A stretch of 64,000 nucleotides of DNA from a candidate division WOR-3 bacterium (GCA_965649295.1 CBFGKH010000001.1:160001-224000), one strand, 5' to 3'; numbered from the stretch's first letter, positions 54,234 to 64,000 are shown. The notes: generated from the letters alone by a model not told the origin. A program made the numbers and translations.

Positions 54234-56627
54234 ATGGCAAAGCTCGTCCTCTTTTTTCTCCTCTGCCGCCAAGCCCTAGCTACTTTAACGCCGACCGGTA
54301 GCATTGCTGGTTACGTCATCGATGCCGCCACCCGCTCACCACTACCTGGCGCCAGCGTGACCGTTGTCGGCACCGAACTTGGGGCTGCTGCCGATGCTGC
54401 TGGCCGTTTTGTGATTAACCGTGTTCCGGTTGGCATCCACACGGTTGAAGCCTCAATGATCGGTTACGCAGCCCAGGCCCGTACCAACAGCGTAGTCAGC
54501 CCAGGCCGCCAGACTGAACTCTCCTTCCGACTCAGCCGGGCACGAATCAGTATCGGTGAAGTCACGGTTCGTGTCGAACACTTTCCCCGCGTCAAGGACG
54601 CAGCTGTCTCCCAGCGCAACTTTGCCGCTCAGGAGATTGAAATTGCTCCGGGCGGGCTGGGCGACATTCAACGCGTTGTCCAAGCGATGCCCTCGGTTGT
54701 CTCCTCCGGTGACCAAGACAATGAGGTCATCGTCCGCGGCGGCAGCCACAATGAGAATCTCTTCCTGATTGACGGGATTGAAATTCCCTATCCAAACCAC
54801 TTCGGCTCGTTTGCAGCCCAAGGTGGTCCGGTCAACATTCTCAACCCTCTGCTCGTTCGGGAAGTTGATTTCGTGGCCGGTGCTTTTCCGGCCCGCTACG
54901 GTGGCCGCGCCTCTTCAGTGATGGATATCAGCCTCAAACGCGGCTCGCTCGAAGAACTGGACGGCAGTATTGATATGGGGATGGCCGGGCTTGGTGTTGT
55001 GTTCGAATCACCGCTGCCCGGCCGCACCGGCTCATTCATCGGTTCCTATCACAAGAGCTTTCTGGAGCTGATGGCCCGGATGGGTGTCTGGGGAATGTCT
55101 GCAGTTCCCTACTACGACAACGCACTGGGCAAGGTGATTCTTCGCCCCTGGCCTGGTCATGAGTTCTCGCTGTTAGGACTGTGGGGCAGCGACCACATCT
55201 ACATCGGACCGGGCGAGAACGTGGACGAGAATACCTATACGATTAGGCAACAAACGCAGCGCTACGCCGGTGGCTTCGGCTGGCAAAGCCTGTTCGGCAA
55301 CCACGGCTATGGCCGACTGCTCTTGTCAACCAACAGCACTTCCTGGAACGCCTTTGTCCATGAGAGTACAGACGTCAACGACACGCTCCAGTCCCTCAAG
55401 TCGTCTGTCGGCACGCTCGCGGCCCGCTACGACGCTGCCCTGCGACTCGCCCCGGGCCAAGAGACACAGACTGGTGTGATGCTAAGCCGCACACCGGCTG
55501 ACATGCAGTTCTTTCTCAAGCCCTCGCCTTTCTACCGCTATCTCTACAACCCCGACAGCTCGATTGCCGACTCGTTTCCCGTGCTTGACTCGGCCGGCAA
55601 TCCAACCTACTGGACGATGAATAGCTACGGCCAGGCCAGCTCGGTCAACCTTTCGGCCTACCTCTCCCACCGCATCGAGCTCGGCCGTCTTCTTGATGTC
55701 ACTGCTGGGTTGCGGCTCGACCGTTTCGGCTACACCGGCGCGACAAGCATCGCTCCCCGCCTTGGCATCGCCACCCATCCTCTCTTCGGTGGTGCCAGCC
55801 TGCATGCCGGCTGGGGCTGGCACTTTCAGCCACCAGAGTGGTACATCCTCTTTGCCGACACGGTTGCCAACCGCAATCTCCGTGACCGCCGCAGCGACCA
55901 CTATGTTGTCGGGATAGAACGCCGGTTCGGTCAGGACATCAGGTTGTCGCTCGAGGGCTTTGTCAGGCGCAGCCGCTACCTTCCAATCCCCTACTCGGCG
56001 ACTACGCCCGACACCTACGACTATCCCAGTAACTACCTAGCTCAGGGCCGTGGCGGGTCAGAGGGACTTGAGCTCTTCGTCCAGAAGAAGCACGCTGGTA
56101 ACTGGCACGGTTCACTCGCCTACTCTCTTTCCCGTTCTTGGGTCATCGCTGCCCAAGACTCGACCATCCGCTACCCTGGCGACTACGACTACCGCCACAT
56201 CCTGACGGCTGCCGGCACCTACACGATCGAGTTCCACAAGCAGCAATGGTATCAGCACCTGCCGGGCTGGTTCCGCTCCACCATCGGTGGCCTGCTCTTC
56301 TCCGACGTAGCGGCCATTGGCCTGCGCTGGCGCTACCTGAGCGGCCGGCCCTATACCGAACCAAGCTGGAATCCGGAGATTCGTCGCTGGATTGCCGCTC
56401 CTGCGAACCTGAACAACCAACGCTATCCGGATTACCACCGCCTCGACATTCGCTGGGACCACAAGTTCTTAATGAAACGCTGGAGCCTCAACTGGTACCT
56501 CGAAATCCAAAACGTCTATGGGCGCCGCAATGTCTGGATGTATCAGTACAACGACGGCAATCCAGACCGTAGGACAGTTTATGGCCTAGCATTCTGGCCG
56601 ATGGCGGGAATGGTCATCGAGTTCTAG
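54234..56627 (+). CDS. TonB-dependent receptor with N-terminal carboxypeptidase-regulatory-like domain
   Basis: GSIAGYVIDAAT..PLPGASV, plug motif VRGGSHNENLFLIDGIEIP.PNHF, GAFPARYGGRASSV, YHRLD, NVYGRRN, C-terminal EF. Confidence 0.9.
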   Translation: MAKLVLFFLLCRQALATLTPTGSIAGYVIDAATRSPLPGASVTVVGTELGAAADAAGRFVINRVPVGIHTVEASMIGYAAQARTNSVVSPGRQTELSFRLSRARISIGEVTVRVEHFPRVKDAAVSQRNFAAQEIEIAPGGLGDIQRVVQAMPSVVSSGDQDNEVIVRGGSHNENLFLIDGIEIPYPNHFGSFAAQGGPVNILNPLLVREVDFVAGAFPARYGGRASSVMDISLKRGSLEELDGSIDMGMAGLGVVFESPLPGRTGSFIGSYHKSFLELMARMGVWGMSAVPYYDNALGKVILRPWPGHEFSLLGLWGSDHIYIGPGENVDENTYTIRQQTQRYAGGFGWQSLFGNHGYGRLLLSTNSTSWNAFVHESTDVNDTLQSLKSSVGTLAARYDAALRLAPGQETQTGVMLSRTPADMQFFLKPSPFYRYLYNPDSSIADSFPVLDSAGNPTYWTMNSYGQASSVNLSAYLSHRIELGRLLDVTAGLRLDRFGYTGATSIAPRLGIATHPLFGGASLHAGWGWHFQPPEWYILFADTVANRNLRDRRSDHYVVGIERRFGQDIRLSLEGFVRRSRYLPIPYSATTPDTYDYPSNYLAQGRGGSEGLELFVQKKHAGNWHGSLAYSLSRSWVIAAQDSTIRYPGDYDYRHILTAAGTYTIEFHKQQWYQHLPGWFRSTIGGLLFSDVAAIGLRWRYLSGRPYTEPSWNPEIRRWIAAPANLNNQRYPDYHRLDIRWDHKFLMKRWSLNWYLEIQNVYGRRNVWMYQYNDGNPDRRTVYGLAFWPMAGMVIEF

Positions 56628-56643
56628 TCTCGCTCAATGTTGG

Positions 56644-56737
56644 TTGACGGACCATCTCGTCTGGCCTAGAATCTAATTAGCTCCTGCTCCGTAAGCCTGT
56701 CACTGGGTTACCAGGTGTCGGCCGCGGAGCAGGAGCT
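56644..56737 (+). promoter_or_regulatory. promoter followed by a long 5'-leader hairpin
   Basis: TTGACG (56644-56649), 17 bp, TAGAAT (56667-56672); perfect 13-bp stem AGCTCCTGCTCCG/CGGAGCAGGAGCT (56679-56737) with inner CTGG-GTTA-CCAG hairpin. Confidence 0.6.
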
Positions 56738-56748
56738 TTGCTATTACC

Positions 56749-57228
56749 ATGGTAACTGCAACCAACCACACTCTTGCCGGCCGCTGCGGCAAGTACTGCG
56801 GCGCTTGCGCTATCTACCGTGCTTACAAGGACGGTGGCAAGCTCCGCGTTGACGTTGCCCGAACCTACCGTTGCCTGCCCTCTGAACTACGGTGCGATGG
56901 CTGCCGCACACTCCATATTGTCGGCTGGTCACGCGAGCCTGACCGGGGCCGCAACTGCCGTGTCCTGCGCTGTCTCAAGACTCAGAACCTCGAAACCTGC
57001 GGTGACTGCCGACAACAGCGAGATTGCGATATCTGGAAGGCAGTTGCCGCCTCGTGCCGTAGTTCTGGTATTGACCTTGGCGCCAATCTCCGGTCGCAGC
57101 GCGAGCAGGGTCTCGACCGATGGCTGGCCTCACAGGCCGAGCGCTGGCGCTGCCAACATTGCTCCAAACCGGTTGCTGCCTCGGCCGACAACCCCCGCTG
57201 TCCGTCCTGCGGCAATTTCCAGCTCTAA
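56749..57228 (+). CDS. DUF3795 cysteine-rich protein with C-terminal zinc ribbon
   Basis: CGKYCGAC..Y, CDGC, C.VLRC, TCGDC...C, WRCQHC...CPSC. Confidence 0.75.
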   Translation: MVTATNHTLAGRCGKYCGACAIYRAYKDGGKLRVDVARTYRCLPSELRCDGCRTLHIVGWSREPDRGRNCRVLRCLKTQNLETCGDCRQQRDCDIWKAVAASCRSSGIDLGANLRSQREQGLDRWLASQAERWRCQHCSKPVAASADNPRCPSCGNFQL

Positions 57229-57255
57229 CCCGCGGCTAGCTCAGGCCGGCAGCGA

Positions 57256-58095
57256 CTAATCAAGTAACACTGGCTTCCGTCGGCGAAACCGAGTCGGACT
57301 AATACCGAAGCGGGTCAGCAGTGCCATGACCGATGCAATTCCCGCGCCGACATCGCTCGCTCGATGAGCATCAGAACCGACTGTGAATCGCTTGATTCCG
57401 GCACTAACAGCTTGCTCAATTATCCAAACTGCCGGGTAGGGTTCACTCGAACCGCGTCGCAAAGCCGAAGAATTGACCTCGACGCCGGTACCAGACTGAG
57501 AGATAAACTGTAGCGTCGGCCCCAACTCAGCCGCCATCACCTCGTCAAAACGACTATCAAACAAAAGCCTGATATATTTGCGATAGATATCAAGATGGGC
57601 GAGCGCATCAAAAAGCTGGGTTCCAGCCGCAGCCCGTAGATTGTGCAGGTACTGTCGGGCGGTATGCTCTGGCCCTCGGTGCAGGTACTCGCGCCGAAAT
57701 CTGTCCAACTCGTCGCCGGCAGTGATTGCCACGTGGTCAAGACAGTGGACAGCCCCGAGCACGAAATCAAACTCGTGCTTCCCGAGGAAGTCAGCGATGA
57801 TGCCTTCGAGTCCCGGCTCATACCCGACTTCGACCCCGGCCAAGACGGTCAGCTGTGGGAAAGCAGTCCGACACTGTTCAATCTCAGCCAGATAGCCTGT
57901 CACCCAGTTCGACGCAACCGGCTGGCGCTCACCTGCCACCCGAACCCATTCAAGTTCAGCCCGGGCCGGGTCCGGCTCATAGTGACTGGTAAAGCAGAGC
58001 TCGGTAATGCCTGCGGCAATCGCCGCCCGGCAGCACTCGTGCATTGAATCACTCGCATCATGCGAGTAATCGGGATGAACGTGATAGTCAATCAC
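57256..58095 (-). CDS. PHP-domain phosphatase, histidinol-phosphatase HisJ family
   Basis: DYHVH, GVEVGY, FDFVLGAVH, LAHLD, EVNSS.LR, VGSDAH; GTG start at 58095. Confidence 0.88.
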   Translation of the reverse strand: MIDYHVHPDYSHDASDSMHECCRAAIAAGITELCFTSHYEPDPARAELEWVRVAGERQPVASNWVTGYLAEIEQCRTAFPQLTVLAGVEVGYEPGLEGIIADFLGKHEFDFVLGAVHCLDHVAITAGDELDRFRREYLHRGPEHTARQYLHNLRAAAGTQLFDALAHLDIYRKYIRLLFDSRFDEVMAAELGPTLQFISQSGTGVEVNSSALRRGSSEPYPAVWIIEQAVSAGIKRFTVGSDAHRASDVGAGIASVMALLTRFGISPTRFRRRKPVLLD

Positions 58096-59809
58096 CAGCC
58101 CATCCCAGTTCGGCTTGAGCGGCCATGGCCGGTAGGTACGGCTCACGCCAGCAGTAGCCAGCACTCATCCCGACCCGCACCCGCTCACTCGGCTGCCAGC
58201 CAACCGCCGCGCTTGTTCGCCAACCTGACACACTTGTACTGAACGAACGGCTGGTGCCTATCGCCGCCGGCTCAGACAGACCAAGTGTCACACCACTACC
58301 CGCAACCCAGAACCGGCCCAGCCCCATGCCGATACGAAGACTACCTAGCCGCGTTTGGGCCCGCAGCCCAACCGCCTGGCCATTGTCCGCACCAGTCTCC
58401 TTATGCTCATCAACCAGCGTTAGGGCCAGCTCGCTCGGTCCCAGTTGAAGCTCAAGTCCTAGCCGTGCGGTGCGGTAGCGTCCCTGCTCCCCTCGATAAC
58501 TGCGACCAAATCCAAACCGCAACGCTGCCGGTCGCAACCGCTGGCCGACTTCGATGGCGACCCGGGCCGGCAGCGAATCATCGCTGTATTCATGGTAGGT
58601 GTTACCGTTGAGTATCACGTGCAGACCAGCATGATGGTAACCAACGCGCACCCCAGCATCAACTCGCTCCCGCCGACCGGTCATCCCTCGCCAGCGGCCG
58701 TGCGGTGCAAAGAAACCCGGCTGCCGTACCCCTGCCCGTAACGCAACGCTCACCATTGGCCAGTCACCGGCGAGAGTCAGTAAACCAGCACTACCACCGG
58801 AACTGGCAGTCGCAGCCTCAGCTCCGACTCGCCATGGCCCGGTACCTAGACCCAGACCGAGCGCTGCACCGGCGAGCTGCCTGCCGTAGAAAGACTCAAC
58901 ACTCTCCCGCGGTGCGATTGACCGATCATAGCTTAGCCACTGGGCAGCTAGGGTTACGCGCAACGCGCCACGGCTATGCTCAACCGCCGCAGCCTGGGTC
59001 AACTCGCCAAGAGTCCGCCGAGCCACGGCGGCAGCCGAGTCGGCATGAACACCAGAACCGATCAGCCTGGCAACTGTTCCATCAGCGCGCAGAACCGCAT
59101 CCCGCCGGGCCGCCGAAACTAGCCCGGCAACCTGCCAGCAGCCGAGTCTGACTGTCGCCGCCCCGCCACGCAAGTATCTTGTCTCAGCCACTGTCTGTTG
59201 CAGCCCTAGCTCCATACCACGTCCGTCAACTGCTCCTGTCCCACCAAACAGTAGCCCCTGCCCTAGCCGTAGCCGAAAGTCGCCGGCCACCATTCGTATC
59301 GAGCGGTTTGCAAACTGCAACCCAAGCCCGACAAAGTCTGCAAGCTCAGTCTCGCCTCTGTCCTTCTCTAGCTGCAACAACCCAGTCCAAGCCCCACGCC
59401 TTGCCACCAGCCGTTCGTGCAGTTGCCAGGGTGCGAACTGAACCGCAGCCGAGTCGTTCCTCGCGCTAGCGACGAACCGGGCCTGCCATGGTTCACGCTG
59501 AACCCGAAACCGCAGCAACGGCGCCAAAGCCATAACCAACGCCGAGTCGGTCACAACCGAAAATAGGTCCTGGGCCGCTCGTAGCGAACCGAGTGAATCG
59601 CGCAGCCGAATAATCTGCTCAGCAGTCCGCAGGCTGAGCCAGGGAACTGCCAGTAGGTCCTCGACCGCGGCGGTATTGACATCAATCGGATGGGCCGTCA
59701 GGTACTCAATCTCTGCCTGAAGCTCCAGGTCAACGCTGGTGGCGGTTTCTTCTGACTGCAGGTAGGGAACCAATGCCAGCAGCAGCACCGGTACGAGAAA
59801 CTGCGTCAC
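58088..59809 (-). CDS. helix-hairpin-helix (ComEA-like) domain + outer-membrane beta-barrel protein
   Basis: Signal peptide; PIDVNTAAVEDLLAVPWLS...AEQIIRLR...G; LEKDRGE, GDFRLRLGQGL, beta-strand-rich remainder. Confidence 0.75.
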   Translation of the reverse strand: MTQFLVPVLLLALVPYLQSEETATSVDLELQAEIEYLTAHPIDVNTAAVEDLLAVPWLSLRTAEQIIRLRDSLGSLRAAQDLFSVVTDSALVMALAPLLRFRVQREPWQARFVASARNDSAAVQFAPWQLHERLVARRGAWTGLLQLEKDRGETELADFVGLGLQFANRSIRMVAGDFRLRLGQGLLFGGTGAVDGRGMELGLQQTVAETRYLRGGAATVRLGCWQVAGLVSAARRDAVLRADGTVARLIGSGVHADSAAAVARRTLGELTQAAAVEHSRGALRVTLAAQWLSYDRSIAPRESVESFYGRQLAGAALGLGLGTGPWRVGAEAATASSGGSAGLLTLAGDWPMVSVALRAGVRQPGFFAPHGRWRGMTGRRERVDAGVRVGYHHAGLHVILNGNTYHEYSDDSLPARVAIEVGQRLRPAALRFGFGRSYRGEQGRYRTARLGLELQLGPSELALTLVDEHKETGADNGQAVGLRAQTRLGSLRIGMGLGRFWVAGSGVTLGLSEPAAIGTSRSFSTSVSGWRTSAAVGWQPSERVRVGMSAGYCWREPYLPAMAAQAELGWAGD

Positions 59810-60570
59810 CGCGTCTGAGCGCGGATGCCAAGCTGATGGCTTATGCCCAGGGCCGGAACAAACCGCGCTGCGTAGTCTATTCCCAGCACGCCGACGTCGG
59901 CGCCCAATCCAGCAGCAGCTCACAACGGCGTTGTTCCCAACCCAGCCCGCAGTCCGAGTACCGGAATCAGCCGAAACTCAAGTCCAATCCGCGCCTCCTC
60001 GTCACTGCCGGCCCGAACTAGGTCCAGCGCCAGTAACAACTCTGACACCGGCTGCCAGACAGCACCCAGGCCCAAGAACAGTGGCAGGTTGCTCGGCCCA
60101 AGTGTGGGGCCATTCAGATTGGAACCGGCCGCGGCAAGTCGGACGTTACCAATTGCCCAGCACCCGCCAAGGTCAAATGCCGGCGCCGCGTACCTAATAC
60201 CGCTCCCGTCAGTCGTGGCTAAGAGATGCGCAGCAGCACCAACAAAACCAACACTCGTAGGTCTGAACGCCACTACCGCAGCTCCGTCGAGCTCGCCATA
60301 CCCGGCCAGACCGACATCACTTAGACCGATGACCGCGGCAACACGCCCAAACGAAGCCCCAGTCCGGATATCGATACTACGCAAACCCGGAAAGCCATAA
60401 GGTTGCTCATAGCAGAGAGCCCCTGCCAGGCGACGAATCGAACCGGCCGCTGCTGGGTTCAGACCAGAGCAGTGCTGCCAGTCTTCGACTGCCAGACCAG
60501 CTACCATTCCGCCTGCCCGACCCGCAGGATTATTCAACTCAAAAGCAGCGAGTAGCAGCAGGGCAACCAC
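59806..60570 (-). pseudogene. PorV/PorQ-like outer-membrane beta-barrel with an in-frame TGA at 59922-59920 (nonsense mutation, sequencing error or recoding)
   Basis: N-terminal NPAA motif. Past the TGA the frame continues AAAGLGADVGVLGIDYAARFVPALGISHQLGIRAQTR to a stop at 59808-59806 that overlaps the next GTG start (GTGA). Confidence 0.7.
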
Positions 60571-61820
60571 TAGAAGCTACACCCGACGCCAACATCAAAC
60601 ACTATTGTACTCAGCGGCGCAATTCTAGTTCCGCCTAGTCCGACCCCGAATCCGAGTTCCACCGAGTCGATGTTGCGACCGACCGCAAACCTGCAGGAAA
60701 GGCCATCAGTCTGGCGCCATCCGACTTCGATACCAAGCCAAGTACTAGAGACGGGCCGGACATCAATTTGACCAGCAAACCTCGGGGCACTCTCGATAAA
60801 ACCCCATGTCCGTAGTGGCAGCTCTGCCAATCCTGCCACCCTAACCCAAGGCAACGTCAGGGCTGCCCCGAATTCGGCAGCAGCTGGTAACTGCTCCCAG
60901 AAGCCGCTGCTCGGCACGAAACGCTTGCCCTTGACCAGCAGCGTGCTCGTTGCCTCACCACCGATTAGCCGACCAACCGCAAATGAATCAAACAGAATGA
61001 AGTTCTGCTGCTGGCCAGCGTTCCTATGCCAGTAAACAGGGGCCCATAGGTCCCTGATGACAATGCCAATCCGCCCCTGCCTGCCCAGCTCAAGTGTCAA
61101 TCCCGGTGTCAGACTGAACCCATCGCCACCCTTGGCAATTCTGCGAACCTGGCGCAGCTCACCCGAAACCTCGTAAGGCGTGGTCAGCACCCAGCCAATG
61201 ACCGAATCGGCTCGGGCGTAGCGAAACCCGTGAATCCAGACCGCGGTTGCTCCCAGCCGCAGCTTTGCGGGTCCGCCGGCCCAGACCTGATGCCCGTGTC
61301 CGAGACCGATCCGGCAGTACCGAATTGTGTCTACCCGGAGACTATCCAAGCAGTACCTGCGACCGACCTGGTTTCCCCAGAACGCTAAGTCGAGAAAATC
61401 ACGGGGCAGGGTAACAGCCCTGTTAGTCTCATAGCATAGCACGAGCCCGAACGACCTAACCTGAGCCTCAAGCAGCTGCAACCGCAGCCGGAGTCCGGCC
61501 CGAACCGGTCCGTTGCCAAGCCGGCCGAGCAGCTCCTGCTTTGCCGGCTCATCGATGTATGCCCGGTTGAGGACATACCGGCTGAACTCAGCACCGGTAA
61601 CAAAGTTACTGCCCGCACCGACACCAAGATGGACATAGTCCAGCGAAAACCGCGGCTCACCTTCTTTACCAAGCAGAGCCGGATTCGCCAGCACAGCTTC
61701 GTACCCGGTCGCAGTAACTACGTTGGCCTTACTTCCCGTTCCTGGTAGCCACTGCGCGGCAGCGACCGCTACCCCAGCAACTAAGCTGATACCAACCTGA
61801 AACAGCTGCGGCAGAGTCAT
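60570..61820 (-). CDS. outer-membrane beta-barrel protein (DUF5723-like)
   Basis: Signal peptide; GYEAVLANPALLG, LPRDFLDLAFWGN, alternating strands, C-terminal Phe. Confidence 0.6.
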   Translation of the reverse strand: MTLPQLFQVGISLVAGVAVAAAQWLPGTGSKANVVTATGYEAVLANPALLGKEGEPRFSLDYVHLGVGAGSNFVTGAEFSRYVLNRAYIDEPAKQELLGRLGNGPVRAGLRLRLQLLEAQVRSFGLVLCYETNRAVTLPRDFLDLAFWGNQVGRRYCLDSLRVDTIRYCRIGLGHGHQVWAGGPAKLRLGATAVWIHGFRYARADSVIGWVLTTPYEVSGELRQVRRIAKGGDGFSLTPGLTLELGRQGRIGIVIRDLWAPVYWHRNAGQQQNFILFDSFAVGRLIGGEATSTLLVKGKRFVPSSGFWEQLPAAAEFGAALTLPWVRVAGLAELPLRTWGFIESAPRFAGQIDVRPVSSTWLGIEVGWRQTDGLSCRFAVGRNIDSVELGFGVGLGGTRIAPLSTIVFDVGVGCSF

Positions 61821-61832
61821 CGCTAGATGCTG

Positions 61833-63725
61833 CTAACGTGGCTTGATGTCGATGGCCAGTTCCCCATGGGATTCCGCAATTTGGAAGTAGTCACGGGCCG
61901 TTAGGCTGATAGTATCTGTCTCGGGCAGAAACAACCGAATAGCGACCCGCAACTCGTCGGTGTCAAAAACCTTTGCCCCCAGCGAGTCAAGCTCGATGCC
62001 GACTGTCGAATCCCGCGCCTGGATGACAATACCTGATCCGGGTTCAACTACTGGCATGGGCACGCCAAGCCCAAGCCGGACCGTATCCGGCGCCCAGTCC
62101 CGCCAGAGACTCAACTCGCCAGTCACTGCCACGGACAGGTGATTGACGACATGGGCTGAAATGATCGCGCCGGACACCTTCGGCAGCTGACGACGGATGA
62201 TGGAATCAATCCGCACTGTCCATGGCCCAAGTTCAATTGTGTCGGCCAGCAGCTTGGCCTGCAACGGAAAGGTGGCCTCAGGCCGTATTCCAACATATGA
62301 CTCCCTGACCAGCACACCACTGCCGATGATACCAGCCCGACCTCTCAAGACGAGCCGGTCCGTAGCTAGATTGACGACCCCGGCCAAGTCAACTGCAAAA
62401 CCGGTGCTTTCCGGCATCCCTGGCGTTCCTCCTGGTACCGTAACCGCCAGCACTGCCGAGAGGCTCTCACCGGCCGCGTTCAATCCGGTAGCCCGGAGCT
62501 CAAACAGACCACAGAAGCCAATCGCGCTTACCACTGTTCCGTGTAGCACGAGCCGCCGCACCCGGACGCTCCGCGCCCAGTCAGGAAAACGCATCGCCAG
62601 CGTCTCAACCCATTCCGGGGTCCAGACCGTGTCAAGTGCCTCGCCTGCGAGATACTCGAGCGCCACCGCACCACCGACGAAGCCGACGACCAGTCCGCGC
62701 GTACTGTCGAACTGCAGTGCACCGGGTGGTGACCGTCGCTCAAGCGAACAGATGAAAGTCAGTTGGCTCGAATCAGGACAGGCACTGCGATAGCCGATGC
62801 CGGCCAAATCTAGCCGGTACTCGAACGCATCACCAGCCTCAAGCTCTTGCCGTTCAACGTAGTTGAACTCAACCAGCCGCACCGTGGCGTGAAATCCGAG
62901 CGGTAGTTCATTCTCAAGACCGAAGCAGAGTTGGCCAGCCGCGAACTGCCCGGTATCGACGCGAACACGGTAACGTGTTCGCAGATATGAAACCGAAGTG
63001 ATCGCGCCGCTCACGTGGCTGCTGTCTTGGAGGCGAATGCGGCCGTGCCGCACCCGCAGGGAATCAACAACCAACCCGATCACCAGCTCGTCGCCCAGTT
63101 CTACCACCACCGGCTCACCGTGTGAGCCAGACCCTGCCAGTCGTAGGCTACAAAGGACGAGTGAGTCGATTACCAGCCCAGAGAGATTGACTCGGCGATA
63201 GGCAATGGAGTCAACTGGGCCGCTAAAAACTGTGCCCAAACCAGCAACTGCCAGTTCGACATGCTCTAGACCAACCGGCAGACGGTTCTCAATCAAGAGA
63301 CTTAGCACACCGCCAGCCAGTACCGCTCCCTCGATGCCAGGAACGTGGCTGACAAACGTCGATTCGTAGCTGAAAGCAGGCACGACGAGGGTTTCGCCGA
63401 CCGCGGCCCCAAACAGCTGTCCGGCCGGCACCGTCCAAGTATCTCCGGCAACCGGCGTGACCACGATGTGCTCGCCGGTCAGTTTCAGCGTATCGGCAAT
63501 GTGCAACGTATCGATCAGGTCTTGGACCAGTACCGACTCAGTCCTGGCGGCGAAGTGAAGTTCAAGCAGGGAATCGGGCCTGACCCGCAGCCAATCTCCG
63601 GCCAGCATCTCGACAATACGGTAGTTGCGACTGATTATCGGCACGGTCAGCGTGGTCCGCAGGCCCGGCGTGTGCAGGCAACTGACGAAGACCAGCACGA
63701 CGCCGAGTAGTCGTTGAAGCATCAA
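61833..63725 (-). CDS. large beta-rich hypothetical lipoprotein
   Basis: 630 aa; lipobox-like FVSC after a hydrophobic stretch; SD GGAGG. Confidence 0.65.
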   Translation of the reverse strand: MMLQRLLGVVLVFVSCLHTPGLRTTLTVPIISRNYRIVEMLAGDWLRVRPDSLLELHFAARTESVLVQDLIDTLHIADTLKLTGEHIVVTPVAGDTWTVPAGQLFGAAVGETLVVPAFSYESTFVSHVPGIEGAVLAGGVLSLLIENRLPVGLEHVELAVAGLGTVFSGPVDSIAYRRVNLSGLVIDSLVLCSLRLAGSGSHGEPVVVELGDELVIGLVVDSLRVRHGRIRLQDSSHVSGAITSVSYLRTRYRVRVDTGQFAAGQLCFGLENELPLGFHATVRLVEFNYVERQELEAGDAFEYRLDLAGIGYRSACPDSSQLTFICSLERRSPPGALQFDSTRGLVVGFVGGAVALEYLAGEALDTVWTPEWVETLAMRFPDWARSVRVRRLVLHGTVVSAIGFCGLFELRATGLNAAGESLSAVLAVTVPGGTPGMPESTGFAVDLAGVVNLATDRLVLRGRAGIIGSGVLVRESYVGIRPEATFPLQAKLLADTIELGPWTVRIDSIIRRQLPKVSGAIISAHVVNHLSVAVTGELSLWRDWAPDTVRLGLGVPMPVVEPGSGIVIQARDSTVGIELDSLGAKVFDTDELRVAIRLFLPETDTISLTARDYFQIAESHGELAIDIKPR

Positions 63726-63753
63726 TCCTCCCCCAAGGCACCCCCCGTTGAGG

Positions 63754-64000
63754 CTATTTCACATAGTAGAGGAACCGACCACAGTTGGGGCAGGTCACAA
63801 GGTCAGTCTTGCACCGGGCCGCCAGCTCGGAAGGCAACTTGACGTAGCAGCCACCACAGAACTCGCGAATCACCTGAACGACGACGCGTCCGCCGTAACG
63901 CTTCATAATTCGCTCGTAGAGCTGAACCAGCTTCTGGTCCAGCTTCTTCGTCAGTTTCTCCCGCTCGCGCTCCGCCGTTTTGACAAACTCCTCGGAGGCC
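63754..64000 (-). CDS. C4-type zinc-ribbon (DUF164-like) protein, C-terminal part; 5' end outside the window
   Basis: Manual translation: ...LYERIMKRYGGRVVVQVIREFCGGCYVKLPSE...LVTCPNCGRFLYYVK*. Confidence 0.8.
   Translation of the reverse strand, partial: ASEEFVKTAEREREKLTKKLDQKLVQLYERIMKRYGGRVVVQVIREFCGGCYVKLPSELAARCKTDLVTCPNCGRFLYYVK

Overview
A 64 kb gene-dense, GC-rich bacterial window. It probably comes from an anaerobic diderm of the FCB group; a WOR-3-like lineage is inferred from the many secreted proteins with T9SS/FlgD-like C-terminal domains. Housekeeping blocks are ispE-tRNA-Gln-prs-rplY-pth-ychF-rpsF-ssb, uvrA, and zapB-like-zapA-6S RNA-rny-ymdB-hsp20-lon. There are several secreted peptidases (S55, S9-like, M14, S8), a DpnII-type restriction-modification pair, an IscS/IscU-glutaredoxin-ferredoxin:disulfide reductase operon, a TonB-dependent receptor and an outer-membrane beta-barrel cluster. 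The best candidate for an undescribed system is a tightly coupled ~9 kb minus-strand operon (44229-53262): phosphate-porin-like barrel, double lamin-tail lipoprotein, secreted CotH kinase, secreted aryl-sulfotransferase, secreted beta-propeller, VTC polyphosphate polymerase and DUF4956 membrane protein, behind a Pho-box-like promoter. Other notable signals: five GATC sites (three at exact 11-bp spacing) over the promoter of the predicted GATC methylase; a cysteine desulfurase lacking the PLP lysine; an in-frame UGA followed by a hairpin in a beta-barrel gene; a cryptic 12-nt periodic intergenic array; a frameshifted comB; and many 16-bp-spacer promoters feeding near-leaderless genes. All calls are by-eye motif recognition; no searches were run.
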